From a virus (taxonomy: Duplodnaviria > Caudoviricetes), in the IMG/VR virus record IMGVR_UViG_3300030099_004693, positions 1 to 50,786 of that record: a stretch of DNA of 50,786 bases. One strand, 5' to 3'. The position numbers and the translations under genes are program-made. This document shows, one piece after another, positions 48,398 through 50,786 of this stretch (positions are counted from its first letter, which is position 1; every line of letters begins with the position of its first letter). The notes below the pieces were generated by a model that saw nothing but the letters and a program-made list of their open reading frames with translations, ran no database searches and had not been told where the DNA came from.

Positions 48398-49052
48398 CTC
48401 CTACTGCTTGAAAAGGTAATCCTAGTCTTTGCATCTCTTCTTGAGTTAATTTGTCTATTGATGCTATTTGATTTTGCAGTAAAGCAAGCAATTCATTATC
48501 TTCTTCTTCTTGAACTGCTTCACTAATTTTTGCTTGTAAAAGATAAGAACAAGCCTTTAATATTCCAAATTGAACTGCAGCATCTGGAAATCGCATACTA
48601 TATCCATTTGTTACTGAATCTAGTGTTAAATCTTCATTTTGTAAGTATTCAAATCTAAATATTTTAACAGTACCACCTAATGGCTTAACAACCATATCTC
48701 CTCTAGGCTTGTAACTAAATATTGGATTTTTATAGTTTTTTTCATTGTAATAAATACTAGTCTTATCTTCACCTTTTTTTAAATAATCATAAGGAACTTC
48801 TTTGCAAACTCTTTCAATCCCATCAGAATCTGTTCTAGTAACTAATATAACCTTATAAGTTCCAGCATCAGGAGTTTGTAAGTTAGTATCACTAGAAGGA
48901 AAATTAGTAGTTCTCCATAGCTCTGAATTAACAGGTATTAAGTCCGCTGCATGATTAAAACCAGAATTAATTAAATCTTTGTAACCTACAATATTAGTTA
49001 CTTCATCTCCAACTAAATCTTTTATTCGTGTAAATATGCTATTATGAGGCAT
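48378..49052 (-). CDS. Putative neck/adaptor protein
   Basis: Position; helical C-terminus EED.EL. Confidence 0.45.
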   Translation of the reverse strand: MPHNSIFTRIKDLVGDEVTNIVGYKDLINSGFNHAADLIPVNSELWRTTNFPSSDTNLQTPDAGTYKVILVTRTDSDGIERVCKEVPYDYLKKGEDKTSIYYNEKNYKNPIFSYKPRGDMVVKPLGGTVKIFRFEYLQNEDLTLDSVTNGYSMRFPDAAVQFGILKACSYLLQAKISEAVQEEEDNELLALLQNQIASIDKLTQEEMQRLGLPFQAVGDGNDIE

Positions 49053-49200
49053 CTTTTATTTCCTCTTTATCAGATTCATTTTCTATTGATTCTAATACTT
49101 CAATAGCTCCTAAAATTTTAAATCTCAACTGAGTTAATTGTTCTAGTTGAGCTGTTATTTTTGATAAATCAGTTTTTAGATTTTCTATCTTTTCTTGCAT
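49042..49200 (-). CDS. 52-aa coiled-coil protein (not in ORF track)
   Basis: MQEKIENLKTDLSKITAQLEQLTQLRFKILGAIEVLESIENESDKEEIKDAS; GAGG RBS. Confidence 0.7.
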   Translation of the reverse strand: MQEKIENLKTDLSKITAQLEQLTQLRFKILGAIEVLESIENESDKEEIKDAS

Positions 49201-49201
49201 A

Positions 49202-49360
49202 TTATCTTCTAACCTCGTTTTTTATTTTTAATATCATATATATTAAAGTAGCTATAGCTGTCAAAGCACTTAAAAATGGAGGAATAACTTCTAGCCAAGC
49301 TACCATAGTGCCACCCATTCCAACGAAAGACGTTCTAACTGTGTCTATTGAACTATTCAT
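49202..49360 (-). CDS. 52-aa holin-like membrane protein (not in ORF track)
   Basis: MNSSIDTVRTSFVGMGGTMVAWLEVIPPFLSALTAIATLIYMILKIKNEVRR; hydrophobic with basic C-terminus. Confidence 0.65.
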   Translation of the reverse strand: MNSSIDTVRTSFVGMGGTMVAWLEVIPPFLSALTAIATLIYMILKIKNEVRR

Positions 49361-49589
49361 TTTCTATCCAAGTTGATTTATCAAGTTCTGTTAATATCTC
49401 ATTATGATTATAAATTGTCATTCCATCAAAACAAGTAGGTGTCTCCCCTTCCCATTTAAGTATTGCTTTAGTGCCATCTAATGATTTTCTAAGTGTATCC
49501 ATAGATGTTTGTATTGCACTTTCTAACATTTCATCTGTTATATCAGATACGTTTACAATCACCCATTTTCTATTACTATAATCTATCAA
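49353..49589 (-). CDS. Small protein associated with the LamG gene
   Basis: TLRKSLDGTKAILKWEG.TP motif; overlaps the LamG gene stop. Confidence 0.65.
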   Translation of the reverse strand: MIDYSNRKWVIVNVSDITDEMLESAIQTSMDTLRKSLDGTKAILKWEGETPTCFDGMTIYNHNEILTELDKSTWIENE

Positions 49590-50647
49590 GGTGAACCTCC
49601 TACTATTTCGGCTCCACTATATAAATATCCAGGATTGCCGTTAATTTTTTTAACAGAAACATTATCAATGCTCCCTCTAAATTGAGCTCCAACTACGGAA
49701 TAAAATTTTAAATTTGTCGTATCTGTTGCTTGAAAAAATTTAACATGATAGCCGTTAGTAACACTAGTCTCCGTTAGAATATGCCCGCCAACAGCTATTA
49801 CAAGAACTCCTTCTGTCCATGAAGACGCCTGAAATTCTACTCTATAAATTTCACCAGCTACAGCACTTACATCCTGCTCTAATGAAGCAAAGCCAGATGA
49901 ACATGTTGCTACTCCACTGCTTACTGCCCAACCTGTGTTTACTGTCCAATTATCTCCATTTGGGAAGCCTCCATCTGTTACTTTATTAGCACCTAAATTT
50001 GTATTTGTTTCATCTTGAACAACAGGAGCTGGATAAATTGCAGAATCACCCATGCGCCACCACGCTTGTAAATTAGATGAGCATACGCCTTCTTTGTGAT
50101 TATAAGGCTCTCTGCCATTGTATAATGTGTTTGCTTCTGATGCTGACAATGCTTTGTCGTATATAGCTACTTCTGATATATTGCCTTGAAAAAAATTATT
50201 TGTAGAAGTATGACTTCTTGCTCCAATTCTTATAACAGCAGAGCCTGATACATTTATTGTTTCTCCTGATGTATCTGCTGTTTCAACTGAAACACCATTA
50301 ACATAAATAGTGCTTGTGCTTCCATCATTTGTGCAAACAATATGTGACCATTGATTTAAAGGTAATTTAGTGTCATAATGACCATCTGTATTATCAATTT
50401 GATAGGTTACGTCACCATCTCCTAAAAAAACATGTACACCATCATTATTTGCATCTCTATAATCAAACAAGCTCATTGAACCTGATTCTGCAGCAGGATT
50501 AACCCAAATAGATATAGAATTAACATTATAATTAAATGAAGGAACACCAGAGATTTCTACATAATCATCACTACCATCAAACGCTACAGAAAGCTCATCT
50601 TTAAATTTATCGCCACCCATTGTTGCTATTCTACGTGTCGTAAACAT
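49586..50647 (-). CDS. LamG/concanavalin A-like virion protein with CBM-like C-terminal domain
   Basis: FDGSDDYV, SIWV, W.HIV.T.DG....IYVNG, F.G.I.EVAIYDKALS, WWRMGD, IDNVSVK. Confidence 0.85.
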   Translation of the reverse strand: MFTTRRIATMGGDKFKDELSVAFDGSDDYVEISGVPSFNYNVNSISIWVNPAAESGSMSLFDYRDANNDGVHVFLGDGDVTYQIDNTDGHYDTKLPLNQWSHIVCTNDGSTSTIYVNGVSVETADTSGETINVSGSAVIRIGARSHTSTNNFFQGNISEVAIYDKALSASEANTLYNGREPYNHKEGVCSSNLQAWWRMGDSAIYPAPVVQDETNTNLGANKVTDGGFPNGDNWTVNTGWAVSSGVATCSSGFASLEQDVSAVAGEIYRVEFQASSWTEGVLVIAVGGHILTETSVTNGYHVKFFQATDTTNLKFYSVVGAQFRGSIDNVSVKKINGNPGYLYSGAEIVGGSP

Positions 50648-50786
50648 TAATCTTGTACTATCCCAAATTTAAGACTTATAGTAGCCCCATTGTAATCATT
50701 TGTTGAATCAGTTATCCCCCAAACATATATATCCCTGCTGTCAGAAGCTGCTGTTAATACTGCCCCTATATTAGTTTTAGATGCTA
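50647..50786 (-). CDS. 3' end of the junction-spanning gene (continues from 560-1)
   Basis: ...NDYNGATISLKFGIVQD, TAA at 50649-50647 overlapping the LamG ATG. Confidence 0.85.
   Translation of the reverse strand, partial: ASKTNIGAVLTAASDSRDIYVWGITDSTNDYNGATISLKFGIVQD
50687..50786. repeat. Terminal direct repeat, copy 2
   Basis: 99/100 identical to 1-100. Confidence 0.95.

Noticed and set aside
50687-50786. Physical terminal repeat of the virion DNA
   Set aside because: It is exactly 100 bp and falls mid-gene, which is typical of an assembly overlap
1-50786. tRNA genes, integrase or stop-codon reassignment
   Set aside because: No cloverleaf or recombinase motifs noticed by eye; TAG and TGA both end well-packed genes under the standard code

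Overview
The window looks like a complete, circularly permuted ~50.7 kb genome of a tailed, podovirus-like dsDNA phage. Bases 1-100 repeat at 50687-50786 with one mismatch, and one gene crosses the junction. It is AT-rich, uses the standard code and has strong GGAG Shine-Dalgarno sites. There are two transcription blocks. The minus-strand block holds terminase, P22-like portal, scaffold, SU10/DUF5309-like capsid, tail and fibre genes, holin-like genes, ejection proteins and a 2806-aa protein with crAss-type virion RNA polymerase motifs. The plus-strand early/replication block (about 10.6-22.9 kb) holds an AAA/Sak4-like ATPase, a putative SSB, a primase-polymerase/helicase and nucleases. The standout is a four-gene early cassette (12792-16441) that reads as a phage-encoded ubiquitin-like conjugation system: a beta-grasp protein ending GG-AK, a large protein with an E2-like HPxI...CL motif, a JAMM/JAB protease and a ThiF/E1 enzyme. 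Also notable are a densely base-paired ~400-nt element at the strand switch (10199-10597) and a series of long intergenic hairpins sitting just before early-gene RBSs. All calls come from reading motifs by eye; no database searches or folding computations were run.
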